A DNA stretch of 64,000 nt. Origin: Naegleria gruberi. Lineage: Eukaryota. The stretch lies in the NCBI GenBank assembly GCA_000004985.1, contig GG738879.1, one strand, 5' to 3'. How positions within the stretch are numbered: position 1 is the first letter of the stretch; each line of letters opens with the position of its first letter. Shown here one piece after another: positions 42,092 through 53,511 of the stretch. The notes under the pieces are model-generated. The model had not been told where the DNA came from. It was given only the letters and a program-made list of their open reading frames with translations, and did no database searches. Made by a program: the position numbers and the translations under genes.

Positions 42092-43765
42092 ATGTTTCAA
42101 GATGATCATCTTTATGATACGAAGGTGATCATTGAATTGGATTCCAATTATAAATCACATCATTTACAATTTAAATATTCACTCTTTAATGAAGCACTAA
42201 AGGTTAACCATCCGATATTGTCCCACACCTTCTTTGGTAATGATTTTATTTCGCACTCGAATGTTCAAAGGCTTTTATCTTCATCATCAGAGGATTGGAG
42301 GTACATTCCGAATGCCATGTCATCTAATAGGGAATTTGTTTTACAAACTGTTCAGATTTATCCAAATTCTCTCGAGTTTGCTTCTTCCGAAATGAAACAA
42401 GAGAAGCAAGTTATTTTGAAGGCCATTGAAACTGAGTGGAAAGAGAAGGAATCTCGTCCAAGAAGAGAATCTACAGAATTTACGTTATCGAGAATGAGTG
42501 AAAGTTTTCTGGTTCTTAGAATGGCAAGTCTTCTGCTACATAACGACAGAGAATTCTGTTTGGATGCGAACAAGTATTGTAATTATGTACTTTCTGTATT
42601 AGAAGTTAATAGAGATTTGGTATTGGATTGTGTGAAAACAAATGGAAAATCACTTGCAAGTGCTTCACATTTTGAAAAAACATACTTGATGGATTTGGAG
42701 ATAGTTACGGAAGCTCTCAAAGAAAACTTATCTGCATTGGAAAATGTTTTTCATGAATCGATTATTTACAGGGATGGATTTATTGATAAATTGAGGGAAA
42801 TTTACAAGTATAGGGAGTTGGAGAATCGAGAAAATTTACTGAATGCTGTTAGAGAAAATGGATTCTTCTTAATGTTGGCCAATGACGATCTCAAGAACGA
42901 TAGAGAAATTGTACTGGCTGCTGTTGAGCAAAATGGATGGTCCATTCGATTTGCAAACAAAAGATTCACAAAAGATAAGGAAATTATCAAAGTAGCACTG
43001 GATAATGATTGGAAGTCTCCTGTCATCTTTAGGGATTACAGAGCTTTTATGTATGTTGACAAATCAATTATGAGTGATAAGGAATTCATCCTCGAAATTC
43101 TTCCAAAACATTCAATTCTAGCATATGTGGATAAGGAACTGCTACAAGATAGATCTTTCGTTTTAAAAGCTGCCCAATCAAACCCACTTTCCTTCAAGTT
43201 CTTTCCGAAATATTTTCAAAACGATAGAGAAATATTTATTGCAGCGCTTAATCACCCTCCTCAAAAGACAACTTATTATAATCAAATTATATGTTCCCAC
43301 AGAGGAGATTCACTTGTTTCGAATGAAATATTGGGTATGGTTAATGATAAGTTTCGATCAGATAAGGAATTGGTATTGTGTGCTTTGAAATTATCTGGAT
43401 ATAACTTGAAATATGCTAGCGAGTCTCTAAAGGAAGATGTAGAAATTATTGATGCAGCTCTTTCTCATTCACCCTTGTCAATAATGTATGCCGGTGATTC
43501 AATTTGTGGAAATGAGGATTTTATTTTACAAATTGTTAAGAAATATGGAGTACTACCAAGAAACTCTGAATACGATAGGAGTTTTGCCCTTAAAGCTGTG
43601 TCTGTGAATGGTCTAGCATTGAAATATTTCAAGGTTTGGAAAACAGACAAGGAAGTAATCATTAAGGCAGTTCAACAAAATTACAAAGCAATAGAATTTT
43701 CTCCTAGGTTTTGGGAAGATCCAGATGTGATAAGAGAGGCATTGCGGAATTTCTATTCGAAATAA
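42092..43765 (+). CDS. DUF4116-repeat protein.
   Basis: The true ATG is at 42092. The track start at 41957 is non-ATG and overlaps the upstream gene. The protein consists of many ~30-aa repeats of the DUF4116 type (NDREIVLAAVEQNGWSIRFANKRFTKDKEIIKVALDND; SDKELVLCALKLSGYNLKYASESLKEDVEIIDAAL; KTDKEVIIKAVQQNYKAIEFSP…). Confidence 0.7.
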   Translation: MFQDDHLYDTKVIIELDSNYKSHHLQFKYSLFNEALKVNHPILSHTFFGNDFISHSNVQRLLSSSSEDWRYIPNAMSSNREFVLQTVQIYPNSLEFASSEMKQEKQVILKAIETEWKEKESRPRRESTEFTLSRMSESFLVLRMASLLLHNDREFCLDANKYCNYVLSVLEVNRDLVLDCVKTNGKSLASASHFEKTYLMDLEIVTEALKENLSALENVFHESIIYRDGFIDKLREIYKYRELENRENLLNAVRENGFFLMLANDDLKNDREIVLAAVEQNGWSIRFANKRFTKDKEIIKVALDNDWKSPVIFRDYRAFMYVDKSIMSDKEFILEILPKHSILAYVDKELLQDRSFVLKAAQSNPLSFKFFPKYFQNDREIFIAALNHPPQKTTYYNQIICSHRGDSLVSNEILGMVNDKFRSDKELVLCALKLSGYNLKYASESLKEDVEIIDAALSHSPLSIMYAGDSICGNEDFILQIVKKYGVLPRNSEYDRSFALKAVSVNGLALKYFKVWKTDKEVIIKAVQQNYKAIEFSPRFWEDPDVIREALRNFYSK

Positions 43766-43808
43766 TCACAACCTCAATCCATGAACCCATCCAGGATTCT
43801 TTATGAAT

Positions 43809-44479
43809 TTACTTGAATTTACTCACACACATGACACAAGTTTGTTTTTCAGTTGGCCTTGTTTCACACCATTTCAACCAACAGTTCTGATGAATGAACT
43901 TCCTACATGTCACACATTGAAGCAGCTCACTCGGATCATCTTTATATTACGAATGAATAATCTCTGAGATCGCCAGTAGTTGTACAACTTACCCATTTCT
44001 TGAAAACAAACAACACAGTCATCAACTTCATTCATCACTCCCTTAGTAGCAACAACAGAAAGTGATTGAAATTGTTCTACCAAACCATCATCGTCTTCTT
44101 CGTCCTCTTCTTCACTTTCATCCTCTTCCTCATCACTGTAATATTGTTGTCTATTTGATTCTTGATTTCTTCTTCTACTTGTTTGTAATCTCTCCATATA
44201 TTCTGAATAATCATTCATGACCGAATACTGTTCTCAATTCATATCATCACGATCAATTAATAATCAACCAACATATTTATTTAATATACAAATACTTACC
44301 ATATGTTTACATTGTCTTTTCCTGAATCGATGATCGGGACATGAACACGACACAGGATGACCATCACCACTGAATTGAATATAATACTCTTTACCTGAAT
44401 CGAGACTGTAAACTTGATAATATTGTGGATTTCTGCAAAGAATTTGGACACATGAAAAAGAAGACATTTTTTTGATCAT
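43809..44479 (-). CDS. SWIM zinc-finger protein with an acidic linker and a C-terminal RING/PHD-type zinc finger (ZSWIM2-like). Exons 44479..44300, 44227..43993 and 43939..43809.
   Basis: SWIM motif …CSCPDHRFRKRQCKHM|gtaagt. Exon 2 is acidic (…DEEEDESEEEDEEDDD…DDCVVCFQEMG|gtaagt). Exon 3 is …DDPSELLQCVTCRKFIHQNCWLKWCETRPTEKQTCVMCVSKFK* and supplies the remaining Cys/His ligands. All junctions are in frame. Confidence 0.65.
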
Positions 44480-44578
44480 TGGAAATTGACAACAAACAAG
44501 AATTGTTGTAAATATTCAATTATAATTGTATTAAATTATAATATTAAATATTTAATTATTATTTAATTATTAAAAAAA

Positions 44579-45235
44579 ATGTCGACAGGTAAACTTGTGC
44601 TTTTCATTCTCTCTGGCATTTTCCTCTCTGGATTTGCCATGTATTTCAACATGACCGAACAAGATTGGACACAATTAGTACCAACCGTAATTTTATCACA
44701 AATTAATCATCAACAATATTCAACAATCGGATCAAACTCTGATCAATTATTATTATCGGGAAAATCCTTGTATGATTTCTCTGTTTTAAATGTTGATGGA
44801 GAGGAAGTTTCAATGAAGAATTATTCTGGAAAAGTCTTGTTGATTGTTAATACTGCTAGTTATTGTGGTTTTACTCCACAATTGGGATCTCTTCAGAGAT
44901 TGTATGAAAGATTTAAATCGAGAGGGTTTGAAGTATTGGCTTTCCCTTGTAATCAATTCGGAGCACAGGAGCCAGGAAATAAGCAAGAAGTTTGTTCATT
45001 TGCTGCTGAAAAGTACAATGTTTCGTTCACTATATTTGATAAGGTTAAAGTGAATGGAAAGGATGCTGTGCCATTATTTAAATTCTTGAAGAGTCAATCT
45101 AAAGGATTTTTAACTAGTGATGTAAAGTGGAATTTCACCAAGTTCCTCGTGGACAGAAGTGGAAAGGTTGTTGGAAGATATTCACCAATTACTGATCCAG
45201 AATCAATTGCACCAATTATTGAAAAATTGTTCTAA
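44579..45235 (+). CDS. Glutathione peroxidase family protein (Cys-type, non-selenocysteine) with an N-terminal membrane anchor or signal.
   Basis: GPx signatures …LIVNTASYCGFTPQ…, …LAFPCNQFGAQEPG…, …WNFTKFLVDRSGKVVGRY…. The N-terminal hydrophobic segment is LVLFILSGIFLSGFAMYF. Confidence 0.85.
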   Translation: MSTGKLVLFILSGIFLSGFAMYFNMTEQDWTQLVPTVILSQINHQQYSTIGSNSDQLLLSGKSLYDFSVLNVDGEEVSMKNYSGKVLLIVNTASYCGFTPQLGSLQRLYERFKSRGFEVLAFPCNQFGAQEPGNKQEVCSFAAEKYNVSFTIFDKVKVNGKDAVPLFKFLKSQSKGFLTSDVKWNFTKFLVDRSGKVVGRYSPITDPESIAPIIEKLF

Positions 45236-45325
45236 AGATTTTCACATTATTTAATTTATTATTATTACTAAAAGAAATAAAATCCAGTGAATGGGTTTTA
45301 TTATAACAGATGCATCTATATAACA

Positions 45326-48300
45326 TTACATGGTTTTGAGGAGTGGAGAGGATGAAAGAGAACTCAATGAGGAAGAATATGTCGATTGATCAAAAATTGA
45401 ATCACTATGTTGTCTTGGAGTGAGTGGAAGTGGTGATTGGCCAGTAATAGTTGATCTTCTACCTGCATTTTGTTCAATATGATGTAACAAGCATGAAAAG
45501 AATTTTTCCTTATCTTGGAATGTACCAATACAGAGCTCTTGTTCTTCTGGTCTGAAAATAACATCATCGACCAAATTTTCATCCCTCGAAATAATTGGGA
45601 ATGGATTATAGTACATTAAATCATTTTTCACAACCAAACACTTTTTAGAAATCCAACAAGATCGCAAATTATCTGCCACTATAGCTGGGTCCATATCATC
45701 ATAAATGAATTCCCATAACCAAGCTACCATTGGATCGTTTTCCATCATTTGATTAACAGATAACAAATCATTTCCATTGCTTGGTTTCTTATAGAGTACG
45801 TAATCATTGTGAAGAATCTTTGTTCCAACAAATAAACTATTCAGCTCATTCTCATCCATGAGAGTTCTGACACAATCCAATGAAGGTAAAAATTCATAAG
45901 TTCCGTAAAGAATATTCTCCAATTCTGTTGAAATGTTTAACAACATTAATCTCATCACCGATTGTCTTATGAGTTGAATCTTGTTATCTTCCGAAACGTT
46001 GGTCGACATGATTTTAGCCAACTCCTCATCGTGACTCAAATGGAATTCCTCAAGAATTTCCTCTGGAATGAGTTCTGACAATTTCTTAGAGCCATCTTGC
46101 CTCTTTTCAACAACATGCTTCAGGGCCAAATATTGACTTCCAAAATCTGCAAAATCAGTAAATTGAATTGGCAATCCCAACAGGGTTTTCAAAATGACAT
46201 GTGTTGGGAAAAAGTCCTCAATAAATAGATATGGCTGAATTATTATAAAGGCCAATAATCTTCCCAAACCTTTGTAAACTTCAGTCATGTGTTTACAACC
46301 AACTCTTTCCACTATCAAATTTGGTAATTCATCAAATGGTTTTGGATGTAATTTGTAAGTATGCTTAGTTGTTTTCACAGTGGTAAAGAAAATTTTGAAT
46401 AGATCCTGAATGTGAATGGCCAATCTTCTGGAGGATGAAGAGCTAACTTGAACATTTCTCAATCGTTCAATAGAATCTGGTTTACAAAAATCAGCCAACA
46501 ATGGAATATAGCTGTCATAGTTCAAGACAGTCAATTTGGCTTCTCCCATTTTCAAAGATACTTCTCGAATGTACATGAATTTCTTATGGAGAGAAGTTCC
46601 TTTTCTGGATTGTAGAACTTCTTGATTTAAAAGTTCGAGAGCATGTTTAGATTTTGCTACGAGCTCTGTATCGTGACATGTTACTTGATGTGAAATATTG
46701 AGAACAAAGTTGAATCTCATTTCAGGAACCTTACTCGAATTACTATAAACTTGTTGAATGAAATTAATTTTAGCTTCCATGGATTCCATTTCTGCCAACT
46801 CCTTAAAATGATTCTGAATTATTTGAGCTACTTTAACTGGATTTCTCATTTCTAATACTTTCTTTGTTGTAATGGTATAGTAAAGGTCAGAGAAGTTGGA
46901 ATTACAATACTTTTGAGGAAGGATAGCTTCAGTTGGTGGTGAAGACATGTCCACTGAAATGGCAGATGAAAGAATGGAGGGAACAATTAGAATAGGTTTC
47001 TTTGAACTTTCTAATAATGACTTTCTCAAAATCAAATTCTTAATGTACAACTTTTTGTAACAACTATACATTACAGTAAAGGTGGTAATCAAATCAGTTC
47101 CAAACTGATTGGTATGAGTCCTATCAAGAACTAGATTTTGTAAAAATGTAACTCCAAGAATCTTTTGTTGATATTGTGAAATTGGTTTCGTTTTCTGATC
47201 GTGCAAGTTGTAGAGCCAAACTTCCATTCTTGCTTGCATTGAATTCCAACCAATCAGATAAATATAACCATTCTTACTGACTGGAATTTCAACATACTTG
47301 TTGGTGGATCCACTCTGAGAAGTGGAATTGCTGGAATCCTTGGCAGAGAGAGCAGTTGAATAACCTCTATCTCTTCTTGATTTTGAAGGTGATTTTCCAG
47401 CCAAATTGCTTGGTGATGAATTCAAATTCTGATCAAAACTCTCTGGAACCTGATGCAGGAAGAATTGATTAATATTGAAATGTACTCGAAAATCAGCTGG
47501 ATGTTTTGCCTTACCAGTCAAACTAAAGATTGAAATGTCATTGGAATGTGAAACGAAAAAGAATCTCGTTCTAATAGTGTCCTTTCTAAATGAAGTGGTA
47601 ACAACTTTTGTGCAGGGAGAATCAAATTCCTTCATGAAAATCAATTCACCTCCAGAAATTGTCCAAATCTTTACAAAACAATCATTAGAGGCAGTAATTA
47701 AAAGCATTTGATCTGTAATTGGCTCCTTGATATGATAATTCACCTTAGTATAGTCAACCTCTACAAATGTTGAAGCAGCACCACTTGTTACTGTGCTACT
47801 ACTGCCACCACCAGCACCACTACTGCTGTTACTATTCGCAACGGATGAACTCTGACTTGTCATTGAAGAGGTTGATTGTTGTGAAGCAGTAACATTCAAA
47901 GATGAAGCAGCCATACCAGAATTTCCACCACCACCACTACTGCTACTACTACTAATTAATAAACTATTCGTATGTGCACTACTCTTATTCAATTCATAAC
48001 ATTCCATCACTTCTTTAGAATTTAACAATCCAATATAATTAATTTGTCTGAAATGTCTTGGTGTATAATTTCTATTAAATGATTCATTAGGTATTAGAGC
48101 AGTGCCGACCCATTTTCCCAATTTCGAATATTGTTTCTGAATGGAATACATGTTAAATTCACCATTCCTCAAACCAACACAAACATTTCCAGCAATATTC
48201 ATATCATTTGAATTATTTGTACATTCAAATGCAAATATACAAGTAACAACTTGATTACACTTAATTTTAAACATTGGTTTCTCATTGTGAATATAAAATA

Positions 48301-48856
48301 AAGTCAACATCATGTCATCTGTTGAAACAAATAAAAATTCATTAAATAAATGTTGTGTAATTATAAGAGAAGGTAATTTTTCATACATGAAATCCAATTG
48401 AATTGATTTTGAAAAATCTTCAATTTCTGGTAAACTTGAATTTGATGTTAAACTTGATGAAGGTAAATCAATTTGAACACTTGATCTATTTTTTGAATGA
48501 TTTATCATCCATCTACATGATATTCCATCCATTCCTGATGTATAGATGGTATTGTTCTTATGTCGATTGTCAATAGAAATTGATGAAATTTTGTTAGTGT
48601 GTTTTTTGGATTTTGACATTTTAGTGAAAATATCGAAATAACTATTTGGTGAATAGTGTGCAGAGTCGGATGTTGTTTCTGATGAAGTAGGTGTTGATCC
48701 ATCAGTTTGGGTATTGTTATTTGATTCGTTTCGTTTAGTTTCTAATAATCCTTCATCACTTTCTATTGAATATCTCTTTGAATTCTTTTCATATTCTTCC
48801 ATTACATCGAGAACATCATCATCAGTAGCTGATGAAGTAAATATTCTTCTGATCAT
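45326..48856 (-). CDS. Large (1176 aa) uncharacterised protein with S-rich low-complexity inserts and possible WD-like blades in the N-terminal half.
   Basis: ATG at 48856. A single uninterrupted frame with coding codon usage. WD-like fragments occur (…ITASNDCFVKIWTISGGELIF…). I recognised no confident family. Confidence 0.55.
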   Translation of the reverse strand: MIRRIFTSSATDDDVLDVMEEYEKNSKRYSIESDEGLLETKRNESNNNTQTDGSTPTSSETTSDSAHYSPNSYFDIFTKMSKSKKHTNKISSISIDNRHKNNTIYTSGMDGISCRWMINHSKNRSSVQIDLPSSSLTSNSSLPEIEDFSKSIQLDFMYEKLPSLIITQHLFNEFLFVSTDDMMLTLFYIHNEKPMFKIKCNQVVTCIFAFECTNNSNDMNIAGNVCVGLRNGEFNMYSIQKQYSKLGKWVGTALIPNESFNRNYTPRHFRQINYIGLLNSKEVMECYELNKSSAHTNSLLISSSSSSGGGGNSGMAASSLNVTASQQSTSSMTSQSSSVANSNSSSGAGGGSSSTVTSGAASTFVEVDYTKVNYHIKEPITDQMLLITASNDCFVKIWTISGGELIFMKEFDSPCTKVVTTSFRKDTIRTRFFFVSHSNDISIFSLTGKAKHPADFRVHFNINQFFLHQVPESFDQNLNSSPSNLAGKSPSKSRRDRGYSTALSAKDSSNSTSQSGSTNKYVEIPVSKNGYIYLIGWNSMQARMEVWLYNLHDQKTKPISQYQQKILGVTFLQNLVLDRTHTNQFGTDLITTFTVMYSCYKKLYIKNLILRKSLLESSKKPILIVPSILSSAISVDMSSPPTEAILPQKYCNSNFSDLYYTITTKKVLEMRNPVKVAQIIQNHFKELAEMESMEAKINFIQQVYSNSSKVPEMRFNFVLNISHQVTCHDTELVAKSKHALELLNQEVLQSRKGTSLHKKFMYIREVSLKMGEAKLTVLNYDSYIPLLADFCKPDSIERLRNVQVSSSSSRRLAIHIQDLFKIFFTTVKTTKHTYKLHPKPFDELPNLIVERVGCKHMTEVYKGLGRLLAFIIIQPYLFIEDFFPTHVILKTLLGLPIQFTDFADFGSQYLALKHVVEKRQDGSKKLSELIPEEILEEFHLSHDEELAKIMSTNVSEDNKIQLIRQSVMRLMLLNISTELENILYGTYEFLPSLDCVRTLMDENELNSLFVGTKILHNDYVLYKKPSNGNDLLSVNQMMENDPMVAWLWEFIYDDMDPAIVADNLRSCWISKKCLVVKNDLMYYNPFPIISRDENLVDDVIFRPEEQELCIGTFQDKEKFFSCLLHHIEQNAGRRSTITGQSPLPLTPRQHSDSIFDQSTYSSSLSSLSSSPLLKTM

Positions 48857-49424
48857 TTTTTAAACAAAATAATTATTCGAAACTACTTGAAAGATGAAGA
48901 TAATAACAAGTAGACGAAATTTGAATAGCGAGAGCAGCAAGCCGAATAGCCCTTTGATGACTTTTTTTTTACAGTAGTTTTATTCTATTCGAAAGGTGAA
49001 GGCAGACCTGACGACAAGCTCATACTCCTCAAATTTAGAAAGTGTATATTAGCATTTTACAATGTGATATTCGGTGTTTGTTCTCATTGTATTATTGAGA
49101 AATCTTGTGCCTCTTAAATGGGCGCCAATTGTTATTAGAAACGAAATACGAAATTTAAAATAAAATCTTTTTGAATTACAAGTTTCAATTTTTACAAACA
49201 AACAATACATTTTCAACAATAATCAACACGTTATGTATCATTGTAAAGTGTTAAATTTGTAAAATTAGAAAATTTCATACACCTCAAAAAGGCCTCGATC
49301 AAATATTTCCAAATTTGTATTCAATCCAAAATTAGTCCCACATTTAAAAACAATCACTTTTTATTGAAAACACTCAAAAAAAAACAACTTTACACCTCTT
49401 CCATTTAACTACCAACATACAAAA

Positions 49425-50247
49425 ATGCTCAGATTACGAGTTGCCTTTAAAAATCATCGTTTAATTGTTCCAATTCAAAACCCAAAGATTTTGATCAGTG
49501 ATTTGATTAAAGACTTGGAAGTCAAGTTTTCCTCACACTTACTTTCCGAATATCAATTGAATAATAAGGAAGAGAAGGAGAAACATATCAAGATTTATGA
49601 TTTAATAACTGAACCTCATCAACAACAACAACAACATCAACACAATGGTTTGGATCTTTCAAAGGAATATTTGTTTAGTAAGGAAGATATTGTTGAGAAT
49701 GTAATGAGAGATGGTGATTATGTGAGAGCTGTTGATTTGAATTCTTGGATTGATTATCAAGGTTTGTTTTCTTCAATAATTTTAAACTAAATTCAATTAA
49801 ATATGAATGATCACTTTCTAATAATAATCATTTCAATGACGTGATGAAATAGTTTCTCACTTTTGTGATAGAAAGAGAGCTTGGATTCATCTTGAAAAAG
49901 ATAACATTTTTGGTGAGATTGGATACCACAAGAAGAATAAGGTCTATTGTTTGTTCGGATCTAATTCACAAAAACAATATTTTGAATTTTCAATTGAAGA
50001 TTTAAAGGCAATGAGTGAAAAGAAATCTCATGAAATTGGAATTGCCAAAGATTTCAGAGGCCTGTGGTATGTGTGTGCCAAGTTTGAATTACCAACAAGT
50101 GATGAACTCAAAGATGATAAGAAAATGTTGTGTGAAATGAGTATTCACTTAAAACCAAGCTCTGAAGAAGAAAAGGTCTACATTCACCAAGTGAGTGTTC
50201 ATGAAAAGAATGGTCACTTGTTGAAGGGTCCTTCTAGGTTCTTTTAA
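49425..50247 (+). CDS. Hypothetical protein with a poly-Q tract. Exons 49425..49761 and 49853..50247, intron 49762..49852.
   Basis: The donor CAAG|GTTTGT and acceptor AAATAG|TT keep the frame and give …NSWIDYQVSHFCDRKRAWIHLEKDNIFGEIGYHKK…. No domain recognised. Confidence 0.45.
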
Positions 50248-50437
50248 TTCTTTTTTGTAAATAAATTGAGAAAATCTAAATTCTAGCTGATGAAATTTAA
50301 TCCTTTCAGAATTGGAAAATAAGCTGCTATTTCTGTACTTTCAGTTTTAGCAATTTTCAATTTACCCTTTTCTTTCAAAATTGGATAAAATTTTTCTTGT
50401 TGACCGAAAGTTCTTACAATTTCCAACATGAAAAAAA

Positions 50438-51647
50438 ATGAACTCAAAATCACGAGCAAAAGCTGCAGGAAATTATCAGAGCACAACGTTGACTTCGTTC
50501 GGACCTGCTAGAAAGATACAGGAAATTATTTCTCACATTCTGACCGATACAATGCTTTCCCCACTCGAAGATAAATTCAAATTGGAAGTTAGAGAATCTA
50601 ATAATTCAACACCACAGATTATTCCTTTCGGAAAGAGAGGAACCGTTTCGAACAAGAATCATATCAGTCGAGTGTTTTTTGAGCAACATGTGGTGTGGGA
50701 AAAATCAGTGCAGAATGATGCTGTGAGTGATGCTGCTTCGATGGCTCTATTGATCATGTTGAATAGTGGACAAATTACAATACCCACACATCCGAATACG
50801 ATTGTGGATGCTCATCAGGCAGAAGATCCAGTGGCACTCTCTGCATTTGTTAAACAATTTTTAATTGATGGATATTTGGTGATTGAGGCAAGTGCACTCA
50901 AGACGACTAGTGCAACATTCCACAAATCCATGTTCGAGTTGGGACGTTCTGTGAGGAATCATCTCACTACTAAGGTACCACAAATTGCTCATGTATTTTC
51001 TGATATGACTTTGAAGAGAGTATTGACTAGATTGGTCGGTATTGATTATAGAACTTTGGATACTACTCATATGCATTTATCTCAGAGAGGAAGAGCTGAT
51101 CAACATTTTCATAAGGATGATTTCGAGGATTATGAACGTCCGTCGGTTGAACCTTCCAAACATTTGGATGAAATAATGGCCATGTATTATCCACAAGGTA
51201 GGTCAATAATTTTTATTGCAAATTATTAATTTGACTTGTTGAAAATTAGATACAATTTTGGAGATGGGACCAACAAGTATTAGAAGAGGAACTCAATACA
51301 CATGCTACTCTACCGATTATGTCCCAGATCGTTTTGTCTTTAAGGATCAACCAGATGAAAATGAAGTAAGATTGTGTTGCAAAGCAGGAAGTATCGTACT
51401 GTTACATTATGAAATTGTTCACAGAAGAATGAAAAATACTCTCACAGATAGATTCATGATGAAATTCCAATTTAGAAGAAGAAATGCCCCAACTGAAAAG
51501 TCATGGTGTTATGACATTGAGAAGGAAGAGTATGCAAACTTGCCAAGTCCCAATTATGAACAAGTTCCACTATTGGAAACAAACTTTGATCCGAGTGTAG
51601 AACAATATGCAAGAGAAATATGGAAATATTTACATTATCAGAAATAA
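50438..51647 (+). CDS. Phytanoyl-CoA dioxygenase (PhyH) family Fe(II)/2-oxoglutarate oxygenase. Exons 50438..51197 and 51250..51647, with a 52-nt intron at 51198..51249.
   Basis: The HxD motif (…ADQHFHKDDFEDY…) and a distal His (…GSIVLLHYEIVHRR…) fit the 2-His-1-carboxylate facial triad of PhyH enzymes. The donor CAAG|GTAGGT and acceptor AATTAG|AT are in frame. Confidence 0.65.
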
Positions 51648-52054
51648 TAACATTACTCATTCTTGGATTCTTATAAGAATTGGGGCAACCGTGGATTCGG
51701 ATTTAACTTTTGAGTTAATTGGGAAAACAAGCATAAATCAACAATGTATGGAGTAAAGAACGTGAACTAATGAACTAGTTACATATTATGCAAAATAATT
51801 ATTGTCGAATTTTCTTCGATTCAATAGCCTTATTTCAATCCCACTCAAGCAATCTATTTCAAATACTCATCCAATCTTTGTTGTATCCCATCAACCCACA
51901 TCATCGTACTTTCTCCATGGAATCTACCTAAAAAATACTAAGCACGTGTACATTCCCGACTTCAAGTTATTTACAGTAGTGACTGAAGAACCTACAACAA
52001 ATATTCTTTTCAATAAATAAAAACGTTAATCTACAGCACACATCTCCCCCGCTC

Positions 52055-53461
52055 ATGACAAGGAACTTTAAAAAAATGAGCCTATTCGGTAGTAAGCAAG
52101 CCTCAGCTGAGGTTGAAAATATCAAAGTGTTGCCGCCTCTCCCTCAAAAGACGAGGAGTCCTCTGAGTCCTGAAGATCCGGATACTGATGTTCATTTGAT
52201 TATTTGTATAGCAGGAATGGGTGCTAGAAAGGGACATTTTCTGAGTGATTCACTTCTCTCGCAATTCGGAAAGTGGTTTGATATCAACAAGTGCCAATCT
52301 GCAATGAGGGATACAATGCAAACAGCTATTCAAAATTATGGTACTGAACAGATAAAGAAGAAGCCTCCAAAGATTGTAGTAAAATCTATTGATTATTGTT
52401 CGGTAGTAAGAGAAGAGGGAGGTTATAATGACAAGTTGGGAAGAGTTTCTATGAAATCGGGAGCAGCTCTATTGAGAATGATTGCCAATGAAAGTATGAT
52501 TGATGTGCTAATGTATAATAGTGAAAAGATTAAGAAGCAAATTCTTAGTGTAGGTTTTTCTCTGAGTTTTCTTAAAATTAATTCCTTTTTATTACGCAAA
52601 CTGTCACAAATTAATACAATAATGATTGAAAATAGGAATCTGTGAAACAAATCAATGACATTTTTGAAGAAATGGAAGGAATACCATTGAAATCTATTTC
52701 CCTAGTGGGTCACTCTCTAGGATCTGTTGTAGCTTTTGATTTGCTTCATCAAAACCAAGAATCTGGAAAGACCTTGTTGAAGATGCAACCAAATTTTTGT
52801 TTCCTTGTTGGATCACCACTTGGATTATTCTTGACAATGGATTTCCAAACTGAAAAGAAGCAAATGGAATCTTTCAATTATGTGAACCCAGCTACAGGAA
52901 AGAGACAATTATTGAAGGAGGTGCCAATCTTTCACTTGTACCATCCATACGATCCTGTTGCTTATAGATTGGATCCTCACTTGGATCCTGCATTTTCAAA
53001 TTATGATCCATTTGAACGTAAGTTGAATTAATAGTTAAACAATTTCTCAATAATTTAAAGTGGAGTTCTTTGTAAGAAGATCAAAGGGTTCAAGTCTTCC
53101 TGTTGTACAAATAACCAATGCTGTAGGTTTTATAATTTTTAAAATTCTATAAGTGTATTAATTAATGTTCCAGTTCAATTCTGTTTTAACTACTTTAGGC
53201 GTAAACAAAAAACCAGATGAAAATTATAAGAGATTAGTTAGATTATATGAAATGTAAGTAACACTTATTGAGGGAATTGTCTTAATGATTTTCAACAACA
53301 GTGTGGATCATGCTCTTCCAGTCATGTCAGAAGTTGTTGTAAATGAATATTTGAATGCTGGTGATGTTCACTTGAAATATTGGTCGAACACTGAAGTGAA
53401 TTGTTTCATTCTGGAAAAGATTGGAGTTTTGAAAGTTGAGAAACAAAAACAATCAGCTTAA
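52055..53461 (+). CDS. DDHD-domain phospholipase (PA-PLA1/DDHD-like). Five exons: 52055..52549, 52636..53017, 53061..53126, 53199..53253 and 53302..53461. The small middle exons are tentative.
   Basis: Lipase motif LVGHSLGSVVAFDLL. DDHD-family blocks …FHLYHPYDPVAYRLDP… and a C-terminal …VDHALP…HLKYWSNTEVNCFILEKI…. The junctions AGT|GTAGGT…AATAG|GAA and GAAC|GTAAGT are clear. Exons 3-5 were chosen to maintain frame and are less certain. Confidence 0.6.
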
Positions 53462-53511
53462 TATAAAAATAATTTAAATTCTTGTATATTATTTACTTTG
53501 ATTCTAATAAT

